DNA of 64,000 nt from a virus (lineage: Duplodnaviria; Caudoviricetes): the IMG/VR virus record IMGVR_UViG_3300032246_000977, positions 5,840-69,839 of that record, one strand, 5' to 3'. The position numbers were made by a program, and so were the translations under genes. A model generated the notes under the pieces. That model did no database searches, was not told the origin of the DNA, and saw only the letters and a program-made list of their open reading frames with translations. The first letter of the stretch is position 1. Every line of letters starts with the position of its first letter. Positions 63,516-64,000 of this stretch are shown here, piece after piece.

Positions 63516-64000
63516 ATGATATATTGGCAAGTCGGTAGTAAAAAATTCACTAACAAATGGCTAGCAGCATTAGAATCTGCAAAAACCAAAGAACAAATTA
63601 GATTCAATCTACACGACGAAACCTTTGATCAAATTGATTGGACCCAAGAACCTGTCGAGACCTGGGACCAACTACTGGATCGGCGAGCACAACAGATTGC
63701 CCAAAAAAACAAACCCATTGTGCTTAATTTTTCTGGTGGCACCGACAGTTATACCATCTATCAAGTTTTCAAAAGAAATCGCATACACATAGATGCGTTA
63801 TATCTGCGTAGAAGAAAAACAGACGTAGACTACACCATCAATCAAAAGGTATTGGATTTTTTGGCAAATGATGTAGAAGATAAAACCACGCGAATATTGA
63901 TTCGCGAAGACAGTGCCAAAGTATTTGAACAGGCATATACCAGTTCAGATTGGTTGTTTGAACACGGTGCCAGTAGATTTGAATTTAGTCTTGGATTTGG
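63516..64000 (+). CDS. PP-loop (adenine nucleotide alpha-hydrolase-like) protein, 3'-partial, not in the ORF track
   Basis: Translates as MIYWQVGSKKF...IDWTQEP...KPIVLNFSGGTDSYTIYQVF..., containing the SGGxDS PP-loop. The frame stays open to the window end. Confidence 0.75.
   Translation, partial: MIYWQVGSKKFTNKWLAALESAKTKEQIRFNLHDETFDQIDWTQEPVETWDQLLDRRAQQIAQKNKPIVLNFSGGTDSYTIYQVFKRNRIHIDALYLRRRKTDVDYTINQKVLDFLANDVEDKTTRILIREDSAKVFEQAYTSSDWLFEHGASRFEFSLGF

Noticed and set aside
1-64000. Alternative genetic code (stop-codon reassignment, as in some large phages)
   Set aside because: Genes are full-length and densely packed in the standard code, and TAA, TGA and TAG all serve as true stops (e.g. 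TAG at 30362-30364).
1-64000. CRISPR array, diversity-generating retroelement, intron/intein, integrase or transposase
   Set aside because: By eye I saw no spaced direct repeats, reverse transcriptase, homing-endonuclease or intein motifs, or recombinase. A computational scan could still find subtle cases.

Overview
The window looks like part of a large, T4-like (myovirus-type) phage genome read in the standard genetic code. It has three blocks. (1) 1-26.9 kb, + strand: a baseplate/tail module with a hub-like gene (partial), a gp5/VgrG-like spike, gp25 and gp6 wedge proteins, a 4,889-aa multidomain virion protein and fibre genes, driven by T4-late-like (A)TAAATA motifs. (2) 27-54 kb: a tightly coupled enzyme cluster. 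It has four GT-A-like and four GT10-like glycosyltransferase paralogs, six radical SAM enzymes with an N-terminal twitch domain, and a NodU/CmcH carbamoyltransferase preceded by an unannotated 33-aa peptide. It also has an amidinotransferase, a Stf0-like sulfotransferase, two DegT aminotransferases, an NDP-sugar epimerase/dehydratase, an AMP-dependent ligase, an SGNH-like protein and a TctC/Bug periplasmic binding protein. This cluster is the best candidate for an undescribed system: a phage-encoded pathway for a heavily tailored amino-sugar glycan. (3) 54-64 kb, mostly - strand: sigma70-driven early cassettes with a MoxR-like AAA ATPase and its vWA/metallopeptidase partner, about ten small paralogous 'FxL(K/R)W' proteins, a seventh twitch radical SAM enzyme, a 5'/3' UTR complementarity around the ATPase gene, and a partial PP-loop ATPase. 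All product calls come from motifs recognised by eye; no database searches were run.
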